Source: Dicyema japonicum (Eukaryota; Animalia; Dicyemida). From it: a stretch of DNA of 64,000 nucleotides. Shown here in pieces: positions 25,688-38,650 of this stretch (position 1 is the first letter of the stretch; the number at the start of each line of letters is the position of its first letter). Under the pieces are notes generated by a model. The model was not told the DNA's origin, searched no databases, and saw nothing but the letters and a program-made list of their open reading frames with translations. The position numbers were made by a program, and so were the translations under genes. Location: NCBI GenBank assembly GCA_011109175.1, contig RDEW01000006.1:1709038-1773037 (forward strand). The letters are read 5' to 3'.

Positions 25688-25949
25688 TTTATCCGTAAGT
25701 AAGTGAATTTTTTCGTGGAGAGTCTCAGGGCTAATATAAATAAAAAATGTTAACAAATTAATTTTTACTATATATAAAAACAAATCTAAGTGCTTCTGCA
25801 AAAGTACTAACGTTAAGTCCAAACTAAGCAAACTACAAGAATAATCTGCCCGATTTTGGAATGAGGTTTATTGGGTATTTCCCAGAGCTGCAAACGCTTC
25901 TCAACAAAGTTATTGAAAAAAAGTTTTTTATTTATTAATTTAAAATTAA

Positions 25950-27738
25950 GATCATGTAAAAATTATTTATCTTTAATTATTTTTTTAATGGTTTCTTATG
26001 TGTTTTTTTTATTTCCATCGGAGATCTGTATTTCGACAATATTGTGTGAAAATATATTAGTAATTGTTACACTTTCACCATATGGAGACTCAAATTTTTT
26101 AAAGGCTAAAGATGGATTAGTCCCAAAATCTTTCATAACTCTGACCTTTTTTAAAAATATTAATAAATTAGAATTACCTTATCACCAGTTTTAAATAAAT
26201 ATTTAATTGATGTACACTCATTTTTATTCATTTTCTTAAAATATGCTGAATCCAATTTTGGTGGATTGAATTCAAATTGAAATGACGTTTCTTCTAAATC
26301 AATATTATCTAAAAAAAACCTTTTTGCTCTTCTTGATTGGAAACATGACTGTCATCGCAATTTTCATCATTTAGTGATCCTTCACAATCTCAAAAAAATT
26401 ATATTAATCCTATTAAAGCAACCTATATCTGGTTATCCGTACCTCAGTGCTAGTCAAGCACAATAAACCGGACATTGTGGTACACGATAAGGAATCTGGC
26501 CAAGTCCTTATCATAGAAGTTGGCATCACGTCTCAAGACCGTTTGCAGACTGTGGAGGTGGAGAAAAAAGGAAGTATGACTTTCTTGCAAACGAGATGGG
26601 GCGGATGCTTGGTTGCAAGGTCCTCGTTATTCCTATAGTAATGACGTGGGAAGGAATTGCAACAAAGTACCACAAGGGTTATCTGAAGCAGTTGGGGGTA
26701 GATAGGAAGCTCCAGGCCTATCTACAGTCCACTGTGTTAAAGCGGACCCTAGAGAGCTTGACACTGGAGTATAGGAGGCAGAACCCTGAGATGCCATATG
26801 GGCAGAGGGTTCAATTTGACAATGCGCTTTCGGAGTTGTTTCAGCAACCAGAATCGAACCTGCCTGAGGAGGCTGGCGAACAGGCAGGCGAGGAAGGTTG
26901 TTGATCAATAAATATATTAATCTTATTGAAGCAACCTATATCTGTATTAATCTCATCGACTACTGTGTTTTTAATTTAAATACTGTTGAATCCATTAATT
27001 CCTTGATTCTTGTAAAATGGAGTATTGCCTCAAAATAATTTAATTAAAAGTTACCTGTTGATGTATGGGTATACATATTATAATAAACTGCTTCCTTTAT
27101 GTTTTTAGTCCAACACTTATCTTCAGACATCATCTTAGATAGTGATCTTGTGATTGATTAATTGAAGCGTTCGATAATCGCTTGACTCATTGGATTGTTA
27201 AACCTACTATGAATTTGTTGGACGTTGAAGAGGTCACATAATGCTCTTACATAGAAATTTTTAAATTCTGTCCCATTATCCGATTGTAAGAATCGGAATG
27301 GTCCATCATCCAAAAAGATTTCTTCTAGGTTTTTGGCCACTTCATATCCACTCTTATTTTCATATTTCTAGTGAAGGCATATTTAGAATATATCAATTAC
27401 GGTGAGAAGCCATTTGAAAGATTCATTGTTTTAGTTAAACCTTGAATTTATTTAATAACAAAGTATTACCTTTTTAGATCAACCAGGTCTATTTGAAATC
27501 TTTCATTCGGCTGAGAAGCTATAATGTGATTTTCAGGATCCATTTGCATTAGTGGAGTCAAAAAACGACAAATGTTGTTGTCTTTAAGATATAACCTCCC
27601 ATTGATAGATAACAAATTTTTTGACTTTTGAGTTAATCAGTATTTTTTGTCTTGTCATTAGATCGATCACCTTCTCTTCCAATATTTTCATTGTATCATG
27701 ATATTCCTGGGTTGTTTTAACGAAAAACCGATCAGGAA
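25950..27738 (-). mobile_element. Decayed Ginger-like integrase element with 3 micro-introns, interrupted by an R4-like insertion
   Basis: ERFQIDLVDLKR|, TVID, LQSDNGTEF, QAIIERFN, HTST|GNTPF, GDK|VRVMKD; introns 27441-27469, 27029-27054, 26146-26177. Confidence 0.75.
26432..26913 (+). mobile_element. R4-like LINE, 5'-truncated copy with 24-31-bp TSD
   Basis: Matches 11554-12036; ATATTAATC(C/T)TATT(A/G)AAGCAACCTATATCTG at 26401-26431 and 26914-26944. Confidence 0.9.
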
Positions 27739-28216
27739 GGGAATGCAGAGCGAACGTGTATGAGACACGACGATGTACAATGAGGGGCCGAACGTATTGT
27801 TCGATGTTCTACAGAAACTGTTAATGGCAAGGCTTAGGCTTGGATTTATTCCACCATTATGAAAGAGATCTATAGTAAGGATGGTCCCCTACCAGGGATA
27901 CTAGAGGGAACCTCTGAGCTATAGACCAATCAGTCTTGTGTGCTCTACTTAGAAGATAGTAGAGAGGATCATCTCCAAAATCTAAGTTGGCATATTAAAG
28001 GAACTAATTTCTTGCTCCACACCAATGGGGATTTCGACCTGGAAGGTTGTGTAAGACTAATCTTTTTGGTGAAATCGGAAAAATTCAAAAATTCTAATAA
28101 AGCGTGTGTACATTGACTTTCTGAGATAATCGTGTGTATAAAATAATCGCGCTTCATATAAAAAGGGGCATAATTTGAAATATCTAATTTTGAGTTATTT
28201 GTCTATAAATATTATA

Positions 28217-28990
28217 ATGGAAGATCAGAACCGTGATACAAATGAAAATAAAGAAATCAAAAAACTGATTAAAGAGTTTTGCATGGTCTAATGTTTATTA
28301 GTCACTTTTTATTCGACGTTCTCAGCAAAATGCACGAAAAATTAAATACGATAACTTTAGGAAATTTTAATGTCGACGATTTTTCGGATTTATTAAATTT
28401 ATTCTTCGATAGCTTAGAGAATGTCAAAAAGAGTAAACCTGAAATTGACGACCTTGTAACTCATGTTTAAAATTTTAGATGAATTCAGCTATTAGCTCTC
28501 TGTGGTGCCAACTAATTGAGTTCAAGATGCTTAATTATTTTATTGAAAGATTCAAACAGTCCAGTCTTAGTCATTTTATCGAGGAAATTAAGCCAAAAGT
28601 AATTAAGTTGAGTATTCCTAGATAAATTCATTATTGCCCAAAGATTCGGATAACTCTGACCCTAACAAGGTTACTTGATAAATTAAATTAGGAAATCGAA
28701 ATACCTCCGACAATACCAAGTTTTGTCAAAATTATAATATTTTTTAGAAAGAAGACCATATTCATTAAAAGTTACCAATATACTAATGAAATGGCTTCTT
28801 GAAAATGCTGAGGTATATTTAGCGGCTCAGTTTAGCATCCGTTTCCGTCTACAGAGATAAAGTTACAGCTAATGAGGAGACTAAATTGACTCGTCTCCAA
28901 ATTGATGATTGGTTTAAAGACGCTAGAAAAAGATCTTTATATCGTAATTATAAAGGAAAATATGAAAGACGAAATATTAATAAAGATTAA
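28217..28990 (+). CDS. MEIS/PKNOX: Miniature Meis/PKNOX-type TALE homeobox protein, copy 2 (about 210 aa; one 1-nt deletion in the homeodomain)
   Basis: Introns 28276-28301, 28456-28478, 28599-28621, 28670-28691, 28720-28747, 28813-28835 (26/23/23/22/28/23 nt) restore the MEINOX and TALE homeodomain frame. Confidence 0.85.
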
Positions 28991-29509
28991 TTAACTAAAA
29001 TTTTGAATAATTTTCATCTTAGTTTATGTGGCTTCACTAAACAAGTTTTGTTAAAATAATAAAATAACTGAATTTACTAAACGTCAACAGAAAATATCAT
29101 ACGTCATCTCAGAAAATCATTATTTTTTGATTTAACTATTCATCAATGTCTTTTAGTCTTTGAATTGATATCATGTGATTCTAATATCTAAATCATCACA
29201 ACAATACTTGTAAATACAAAGTATCATTCTTGAAAAATAATTTTTCTGGTAATTCGGAGAAATATAGAATAGAATGAACTAATGGACTTTTGGACAATTG
29301 AAAGTAATCTTTGCATTTTTCTGAAAATGATGGGTAGTTAAGAAAACTTTCAGTGATTATCGTAATCATCAATTGTCTGATTTTTCGATAACATACTTTT
29401 TAACTCAATATCTCATCCATTCTGCCACCAACAGACAGATAATCCTAATTTACAATTTGGAAGATGCTGTTCTGATAATACACTTTGGATTTAGTATCTC
29501 TTATATTTT

Positions 29510-29730
29510 GTTCTCATTAATAATCATACTGCACATTACGAGAGCCATATTACCTATATCTCAACCCCGACAGGACACACTTTATTTAAGTAAAGAAAAG
29601 TCATGTTATCTAATTGTAGAGTGAAAACTCATGAGTGATCTTCACTTCTTTTTTGTTGGTGTGAGTGAAATTTTCACAAATGGCGGCGTTACTCATCAAA
29701 CCAAAGTTTCAGGCCTTTATGCCCGAACTC
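29510..29730 (-). mobile_element. tRNA-headed SINE copy (inside the duplication)
   Basis: Counterpart of 3057-3290. Confidence 0.7.
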
Positions 29731-30584
29731 ATTACACTTGATTCTTATTAGTTTAGAAAATATAGATGCCTTATCATTGCAGAGTTAAATGAATTACACG
29801 TGCAACACTCAAAATCAATTTAAAGTATCATTTTGTTTACATTGATTAAACTATTTAATAGTCGGATAACTTTATTTACTTCAGTGTTACAATCTTTGGT
29901 AAGAACCTCAAGAAACGTCTGCTTGTGTCGACCGAATCCAAACCCAATAGTCCATTACAGACTTCAGTTTGAGGAGAGAGGTGAAGAAGTAGGTCCAACC
30001 TCTTACATCATCACATATTTTACGTCGAATAGTAAAACCAAATTAAGAACAGGCTTTGGATACGTGAATGTTGTCTACGGTGAAAGTCTCAAATCAAACA
30101 AAAAGATGGAGATTTCACATTTCTGTTTTCCATCATTCCTACCTAAGTTGAGCAGAGACTGATAACCGGCTGCATTCATACCCTGTCTAACAACTTTAAG
30201 GCATTGTGTCTAGAAGACTTTCTAGCACTCCACCTACAGGCGAGTAGAAGCAGACCAAACAAGCAGGCACGGCGGTGATGGTTCTATGACTTTAAGGGAT
30301 ATTTCTATTAGTTAATTTGATCTTACTTGGATCTTTAGAATTTTCATTCGATCGACGAATTTCCATAACTCGAAGTATTACTCTTTCGGATCACTTTGCT
30401 TAGGTGATCCATGTTTCCATACGGCCAACAATATTCAAGGGACCAAACAATGGACCAAAGTTATTTACCGGAAATAACTCTGCCTTTTCCGAGGTTGATA
30501 ATCCTTTCACTGAGCTTTCAATGATGTTAGTAGGGAATATAGAGTCGATATAGGCGGAATCCATTACTATTGGCTTCAGTTCAT

Positions 30585-30875
30585 CAATACTGCACTTTAC
30601 GAAGAGCCACATTTGCTATAGCTCCTCCCAGACAGGCACACACTTTATTTAAGTAAAGAAGAGTTATCATAACTAATCGATGAAGAAGAATCAAGGAATG
30701 CTTTGACATCTTTTTTTAGTGGGTGCGAGTCCTTTGTAGACGATCCGGTTCCGCAGTGAAATTTTCACTGATGCCGGCGTCACTTGTTAAGCTAAAACAT
30801 CGTAGATTAATGTAAAGCAGCGAGATTCTGCAGCATTTTCTTCCCGTCACTCTTTACACTGCGCCACCTGACCAC
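30585..30875 (-). mobile_element. tRNA-headed SINE copy
   Basis: Degenerate A box TGGCGCAGTG, core hairpin CAGTGAA-AAT-TTCACTG, tail AATAAAGTGTGTG. Confidence 0.75.
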
Positions 30876-31289
30876 ACTTTACTTCATCAAACAGAAAATT
30901 TTTTGAAATTAATCCTGGAAATTATTAATAATGAGAAATGATATGTTCGCTGTAAGAATCTCAACTCAGTAGGAATTAATGAATATACATTTTAATTAAA
31001 ATTGAATATTATCGTAAAATACCATCAATTTGATTTTTTAACATAATAACGCGCCAACTACTAGCCTTATATCTATTAACTTTTTAGAGGTGTTTCCCAA
31101 CTTCAAGAACGTGACATTTTTTCTGGATCTTGATGGGTTGTATTTTAGGAAGGACTTGTTTTTCCACAATTTATGAATTTTAATTTTAACATCTGAATTT
31201 ATTTTTTCAAAGAAATGGGAATCTTTTCACGTCTACCATAAATGAAAGTATCACTTGAAGTGATTATTCCCTGTCGACTCCCAATTATT

Positions 31290-32620
31290 ATTATTATTAA
31301 TTATTATTAAAACCAAAAATCACCGACAAATTAAAAACTACATAGCCGTCAGGTGATTCCGGCCGCCTCGAGTAGCCATCTCAATCTTGCTCGGTGTTCT
31401 TTCCGGGTTCCAACGCATTTCCGGATTGGGCGGGGGTTTCTAACTTTTTTGGAGGGTAATAAGGTTCCGGTTTCTTCACTAATTCCTCAAAGGTGTAGGG
31501 TTTAGAGATGTCCAAGAAAACCTTTGCAAAACCTTACTGGGCATTTTTTGGAAGGTATTGATTTTTCCTATATTCCTGTTTGATAGGTTGGTTCCCCATG
31601 CAGCACACCCGTAAGTTAGAGACGGTTGAATATACTGCACGTAGAGGGAGTCCAAATTTGAGTTGAAACACCCATTATATTGTCCAAGGAGTGTTTTAAC
31701 AAAATTTAGCTTTCGTTGTGCCGAAGAGAGACGTTGTCGATGTGTTTGCTGAAGGTTAAGAGTGGGTCGTAAGTTACGCCCAGTATCTTGACCGAGTTGG
31801 TCGTGGGGATTGAGTTTCCATTTATGGTCACACATGGAGCGGAGTTTGTCAATCTTCTGTTTGTTGTGAAAATTGTTGTATAAGACTTTTCGGGACTTGT
31901 ATGTAGAATGTTCTTAACGAGCCAACAGTTCAGATCGTCCAATGAAACTTGTATCCCGTTAACAGCAGTATTAACGCACTGGTCTTTGACTGCGACGATT
32001 ATATCATCCGCATATGTCAGAACCAGAGTATCGTCACTGGTAAGGGAGGGTAAATCATTCAAGAATAGGTTGAATAGGTGTGGTGAAAGTGGAGATCCTT
32101 GAAAGACCCCATTTGGAAGGAACTTGGTTACTGATCTAGTTTTTCCAGCAGTTACTCTTCCTCTTCTTCCATTTAGGAAATTTGCGATCCAGATTTTCAG
32201 GTTGTTTAATTTTTGACGTAAAGATCTTCTTTGTCAAAAGCTTTCTTGGGACAGTATCAAATGCCTTTTTTATATCGATGGAGCATAACAAAGACTTCTT
32301 TTGCGCTTTAGTCCATCCTTGATGAAATTTGTAAGGCATGTAAGATGCGTTTCTGTGGAGTGTCCTTTTCTGAATCCGTGTTGAAAAGGTGCATCAGGAA
32401 GGTATGGTTTGATTAGTTCAAGAATCAGCTTTTCCAAAAGTTTTGATGTAACACATAGGAGAGATATGAGGCTGGTGATCCCTTTGGTCGCCCGGGTTTC
32501 AGAATTGGTCGTATGTTTGATAGCTTCCATATGGAAGGAATGCAATTTTTCGTTGATTGAAAAAATTTTCGTGAGGGCCATGATAGCATAGGGGCCTATG
32601 TTTTTCAGAACTATTCAGGG
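31290..32620 (-). mobile_element. Jockey/I-group (Vingi-like) LINE, 5'-truncated RT
   Basis: QHGFRKGHST, IDIKKAFDTV, LTYADDII, ILGVTYD; (TAA)n tail at about 31285-31310; no RNase H seen. Confidence 0.85.
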
Positions 32621-32733
32621 ATTCCGTTTAATACAAATTTTCATTCCCTCACGTACCACTCTATTAAAATAGTGTAGTGCTTTATTGATGGAGTTGAAAT
32701 CGGATAAATGAAAGTCAAGTAGATAATGACTTC

Positions 32734-34167
32734 TGCACAGTCATACATGCGAGATTCATCACAAAATACAAAAAAAATTTCTTAGTAAAACTTTCATTGG
32801 AAAAAATTATTAAATATATTAAAATTACATATATTACATATTTTTATTTAAAATATTAATTATAAAACATGTATCTAGTGAACCTAACACGCGATACCTT
32901 GGAAAAAATAAGGATCTACTTTGCTACTGGTAAGATCGATAATTGCCCTGACTGTAGAGAACGGGCAAAAATCAAAAATGTGCCGAACAATTCATTTTTA
33001 AAGATTTGAAACCCTACATTATAAAAATGGTATAGAACAGAGATACTTTTGTCTGGAAGAAGCAGAACTTAAAGAAAATACATTGAAGTTTTATATCATC
33101 CAATTTATGCTAGGCTCAACATAATCACTTTGGACGAGATAAATTATATAGTTTATTATCACTTACCCTTTGTGGTGCTACACGTAGACAAGTTAGAACT
33201 GTGGTCTTCAAATGTGTTTATTGTCAGGCATCAAATATAGTAATTTTAGTCAAAACGATTGGTTGCAACTAAACCTGAAATTACGCCAATCATTGCTTAT
33301 GCTCCAAGAGATCGGTACATTGTAGATCTTGTTGATTTACGTCGATATTCTTCTCAAAATGAAAACTATTTTTGGGTAATTAGTTTGCAATATATTTATC
33401 AGATTTGGTTCTTATAGACTCAGTTTCTAAATTTGCTGTTGTTGAAAGTGCCTTCACCAATTCTGGAATTGAGATATCCAGAATTCTAAAGAATATTTTT
33501 TCTCTTATTGGACCGCCTATTATCCTACATACGGATAATGTCAAGGAATTCAAAAATCAGCATATGCAAGAGTTATGCGATAAATTTGCCATTTCGCATG
33601 TTACAGGACGTCCACGAGCTCCTTAGATTCAAGGACAAGTAGAGCGGTTATTGTTTTTTTTATCTCAATAGATTGAACCAATTAAAAGATGTGTTTCTTC
33701 CACGTGTTCATCAAGGAAAATTTTGGAAGTTATATTGACTTCATAAAAAGACATTGTATGGGATAATAGATCAAACCATCACAAGACTGCGCCCTTTGGA
33801 GACTTTCTACAGCGTTGAAAATCTAACAAAGTCAGGTGAAAAGATGAAAAAACGCCGAAGATGGAAATACGGTGAACTGAATTCAGGAGACGAAATTCTA
33901 TTACGTCATGATGGGGATGCCAATGAGGATAATAGGCACCACCCATATGACGAAGTTTCTACAAAAAAGTACCAAGTTGTCAGTAAGAAAGGAGACTGAT
34001 AACTATCGTTGACCAAAACGAAGAAAATAATGAATATAACACAGTCCATATTAGTCGAGCTAAAAAATTGTGACCTTTAAATTTTTTAAGCTGTGTGTTT
34101 ATTAAATTGGATCACTTTTATGATTACTAACATTATGTACGGCGTCTCGCATGTATGGACTGTGACA
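32734..34167 (+). mobile_element. Ginger-like DNA transposon (retroviral-type integrase) with ~23-bp TIRs and 4 micro-introns; ORF 32869-34073, decayed
   Basis: TIRs 32734-32754 and 34145-34167; H..H..C..C zinc domain; IVDLVD / HTDN / QVER triad; introns of 26, 22 (GC-AG), 27 and 25 nt; one TAG at about 33624. Confidence 0.82.
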
Positions 34168-34400
34168 TTAAATATTTAAAATGAGAATTAAACAAGCAAT
34201 TTGTAAGGACTTTTTACTTATTTTATCAAAAAAATAATTGTTGTTGATTTCTTAGTTTGCTCGTAAATTTAAACACAAACCTTCTCACTTTTGGGCACTT
34301 GAAAGATTCCAGGCAACGCCGGAACAGAAGGAGATGCAATGACACCGGGATCGCTTAATTAGATGATTACTTTTTCCTATTTCTCTGTTTCAGGGGTTAT

Positions 34401-34706
34401 TTATTAACCCCGGGATCACGAGAAAGAAAGACAAAGTAAAGTAAACTAGTTAAGTAATCCCAGTTCCCGCAACCAAACGTGCCATCCGAAGCCTGTGCGT
34501 CTCCATTGTTTCCACTATCGAACGGAAGTGCCTTCTTTGATTTTTGCAGAGGAAGCCGATTGGGGACGGAAATTTTTTAGCCAACCAATTTTCTTTTGCG
34601 TAGAACAGTGAGAGGCTTAGTGGGTGTCCATCTTTTTCGCAAATGCGGAGAAATCTGGAACCACATCTAAGAGTTGTAGATTCCGTCAGCAGGGGAGGTA
34701 TACCTC
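34401..34706 (-). mobile_element. Vingi/Jockey-like LINE 3' end with 10-bp TSD
   Basis: CAGGGGTTAT at 34391-34400 and 34707-34716; same family as 62375-62690. Confidence 0.8.
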
Positions 34707-35229
34707 CAGGGGTTATAACAAAGATTAATTTAAGTTTATTTAAACGAACCCTCTTTACAACGAACATGGTAGACGTATTCAATTCTCGTGGCTCTTAGTA
34801 ATAGTTTGAATTAATTATTCTGTCTTCATCTCCTTAAGGGGATATAATCTCTCTTCCTCTTCGTATTTACTCATGAGACATCGAAAACCAGAACTCTGAA
34901 ATGGGGAGCATCGGATTCACCGATATCCAGATCTTCCGATCTTGTTGTGAATCATTGTATCTGTGAATACATAAAGTCGGGAATATGGTATCTCTGATTT
35001 CGGTTTCACTAGAATAATTTTTGAGTCACTGAATGGGGAAGGAGATTTAAAGAAGTTGTAAATGATACCTTTATGAATTCTGTTTTTGTATATATTGATA
35101 AGATATCTTATCACTCAATATAAATAGATCAACGAACTGAGAAATCAGAATAGACAAGCACAGTCAGCCACGTGTAGAAGAAGAAGCAAAAACGAACGAA
35201 ATATCTGATTCAACTGATTTCTGGGGTAA

Positions 35230-36560
35230 CGTCAGGAGTGTTCGGCCCAATCAAAATATAATTCGCTAAAAATGATGGGATGTTTTGCATGATTACGGAA
35301 GGGGGGATCTAGGTGCTCTTGTGCTCGAAAATGATGGTAACCATGGACGAAACCAATTCCTAATGAGAATCTCTTCAATATAATTCGCACAATTCACACG
35401 AAGGGTCAAATTCGACGAGTCTGCGTTGTGATCTTTTATATGCCTCCACATTACTTATACAAATCGTTATTTTGACATATTCGTGGATTCTACGTACTTC
35501 TGTGTGGAAACGTATTATATGAGTTCACATGCTGCATTTTGTGTAAATTCATATTTTACGATTCTCAATTGATTCTCAGTTTGTTTGGAGTCCGAGAATT
35601 CAAAATACAACTTCCAGTTCACTCTAAATATTTTTTATTACGAAAACATGGCATATTCCAGGAACTTCACATTCGTGGATGGAAAACGACGTACGAAAAT
35701 TAACCCACTGAACTTTGGCATAAAATTGAATATTTTTTGTGCAGCATCATTTCTGTAATTTGAATTATTGTCCATAATTTATTACTTATCCCCCAATTCC
35801 CTTCAAGTGGCGGAAACCTGAGACTAACAACCATTGTATATGGTCTTGTCCCGGCTCGTGGATCCCAGAGATCTAGTTGTCTTATGGGCCGAGACAATAA
35901 AACACACGAAAACCCACAAAACATGATTATTTAATTTATCACATTTTAAAGGCGGGCTTTATCAGTCTAAATTATTTCCAAATTGTATTTCTCGATTATT
36001 CATCGATTTATCCGCTATTTTAACTGGAAAAAATAAATCGTTAATTAAAATTCTCGTTCACTCGAAAGATAAGAATAATTGAGAATCTGGCATATTTGTG
36101 ATTAAACATTTCATCGGGAGTTTCTCAACAGCACGTGGCCTTCAAATGTAACTTAATCTCGAATTTATTTTGCTCCAATCATCCACTAAAACTCAAAATA
36201 TGTTGAGGCCACGTGGATGAAATATGTTTACGATCGCTTGCCGAATTGAAAATACTTGAATTTTCGACATCCTCCATGAGACTGGATTCTCTGAGATCTT
36301 CCAAGCGACTGTTATTTGGATGCTTAATATTTGGTTCGCAGCCGGCGAGAATGGGTGGATCTTCTGGGTTACATTTGTCATTCATGTAAACCATACTCTC
36401 AGGAACTCATAAAGGTTCAGAGAAGAAGTCGAAATAAATACGAACTCAGAAATCTGTAGACCTTTTGAGATCTTCAATGTCAAAATGGATATTCTTTATG
36501 AAACTATTCTTCTGGACAGTCAGGTGCTAATTTCAACTCAGATACCACATGTGCTCCTTA
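35230..36560 (-). mobile_element. Degenerate Penelope-like element (RT thumb + GIY-YIG remnant)
   Basis: Frameshifted RRIHEY..SNV..HIKDH..EILIR..RP (GIY-YIG C-half), LRFPP..ISNKL linker, HFDIEDL (RT motif-like). Confidence 0.5.
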
Positions 36561-38099
36561 ATTTTACTTTGTGGACCTCATATGGACGGAATGCGGAGAA
36601 ACTATCTCCCCCAAAAAGTATTAAAAATTTCAGAAAAAAAAGTAACTCAAATCAACTAACGAAGTCGTCTAGTAAAGCCACTTATCACCTTTGAAAACCC
36701 AATTTTGAGAGCACCTTCAACCTTCGCCCATCCACGTGGTGTTATGCTATATTTTATGACTATTCATTCCTTGAACTTGTCAAGGAAGTATGTGCACATT
36801 TTTGAAATTCCTGTGTATTTTTAATGAATGAGTATGCTTTTGGAGCTTCATGGGTTGGCCAGTAATGATGATTCGATGCTTAAGGAGGTGGTGTCTGAAG
36901 GTTGAAAATTTTTGGATGATATAAAGTCCATGTGTGGGGGCAGATTATATCTGGATGGATGTTCCTTGGAGTTTTAATAAGCAACTAATTTGATTATTTG
37001 AGATTATATTCTTCCACAATTCGTTTTCTTCTAAATCTAGTAGTAAGTCGATATAAAGTAAATTCATGGGTACTGACTCTGAATTATTAACATCACATAG
37101 CAGGTGATGTTTTTCCGGCGCCAGTTAACTCTTAGATTCTGATGAGAGGGAAAAAGACATAAACAAATTAACCACCTGGGTAAATGACCCTTAGATATGA
37201 TGTTGTGAGCAATTTGATTATTATCACGATATTTTTAAAAGTGCTTGTCTCATGAAAGTTTATCAATCCAGTAAATGTAATCTTTATTAATTATAGTTAG
37301 TTAAGTAACCCCGGCCTTACTAACTTGTAGGAGACCAGCGGCTATTAAGTAGGAAGCAGCATAGATCGATCAGCCTTGGATTGGAGACTAATATTGTACT
37401 AAATCAGGATATTCAAAATTAATACTTCCAAATCGCGAAAGACAATATCCAGGTCCAATAAAAAATATTCAATTACAAACAAAAATTTAACCAATTTAAC
37501 AAAATTAAGAATCCCAAAACCAGTAACATTATTTAAAGGGAGAATTAAATTAGACCGAAAGCAATCGTAGCTGGTCTTATTCAAAGTCATCCTTATTGTT
37601 TGAATAGCATGATTTCCGATGTTATTAAAATATGCGGTGTTGAAAAGACCATTTATATATCCAAATTATCGACAGGTATGAAGCAAATACTTTAAGCAGA
37701 ATTCATGTGCATTGTGGACTTGGAAAGTAGGTTGTTGATGACGTGTCGATTGATCTGAACGATGAAGAATTGTCGCAATATAACGAATAGTCGCTTACTG
37801 TTTATTACTAGGAAACGTAAATTCTTTTGACCACGTGGGAGGTTTTGACACATCGAAAGATTGACATGTACTATAAAAAATTCTCATAAAAATCTCCAGA
37901 CTTGATTTCTACGGTAGAGGTATATATCCAAGAGATTGTTGAATAGTAGGAAACTGAGTTGCGAGCGATGTAGGACTCCTCCAGATTTTCTGTACCCAAT
38001 ACCCCCCGAGTGTGCCATTTTGTTCATTGGATGGAGGAGACGAGGAATTTGTTTTTAATGTGGAAATGAAATTAGAACATTCTAGAGTGTAACTACTTT

Positions 38100-38650
38100 T
38101 GTTTATTCTTTTGAGTCATGTCTGGAAGCGGAATGCCAGAAAGGGATCACCTACAACGTGAACACCAAACTTCCATTAATACTACACGATCACAGACTTC
38201 CTAGAACGGACTACAAGAATGTCGTTTGAAAGAGATTACTTACCTTTATTGACTATAACCTGACGGGATACCTTAAGAGTATTTAAAAAGCCTAGAAAAC
38301 TGGGAGGTCTGGGATTCAGTACAGAGCAGAAAGGTACAAGGAAAATTCTCACTGTTTTAGAAGATTCTTAGAGTCTCCACCAATCCAGATAATCCAATGT
38401 CTTGTAATGGACTGAAATGAACCAATTAAGAATATAAAATACTAAACCGACGACAATTTAAATCAAACGAAAAAATGTGGATTTTAGGCTTTTATCATAA
38501 ACCTAAATGAGAAGAACGACTGCTTTCACGAAAAAATTGTATGGACCCAAAATCAAATAAAATTCTTAAAATTGGTCTTAAAGGTATCAGAACGCTATAC
38601 CAGCCTTCGGGAAACTTGAGGATATACGAACGGCCCTAAAGCCAGGAAAA
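38100..38650 (+). mobile_element. Degenerate non-LTR RT 3' remnant
   Basis: KPRKLGGLGF motif only. Confidence 0.3.

Larger units (their letters stand above)
27739..29797 (+). repeat. Inverted copy of the 2993-5063 duplication
   Basis: See 2993-5063; includes an RT remnant (SYRPISLV..QWGFRPG) at 27739-28075. Confidence 0.93.

Noticed and set aside
34690-34716. 2A-like peptide TPGGIPP
   Set aside because: It overlaps the TSD and flank of a 3' fragment, so it is coincidental.
37135-37175. Hammerhead core CTGATGA..GAAA near the Penelope-like remnant (also at 41215 and 35215)
   Set aside because: Stems I and III and the NUH site could not be paired properly.
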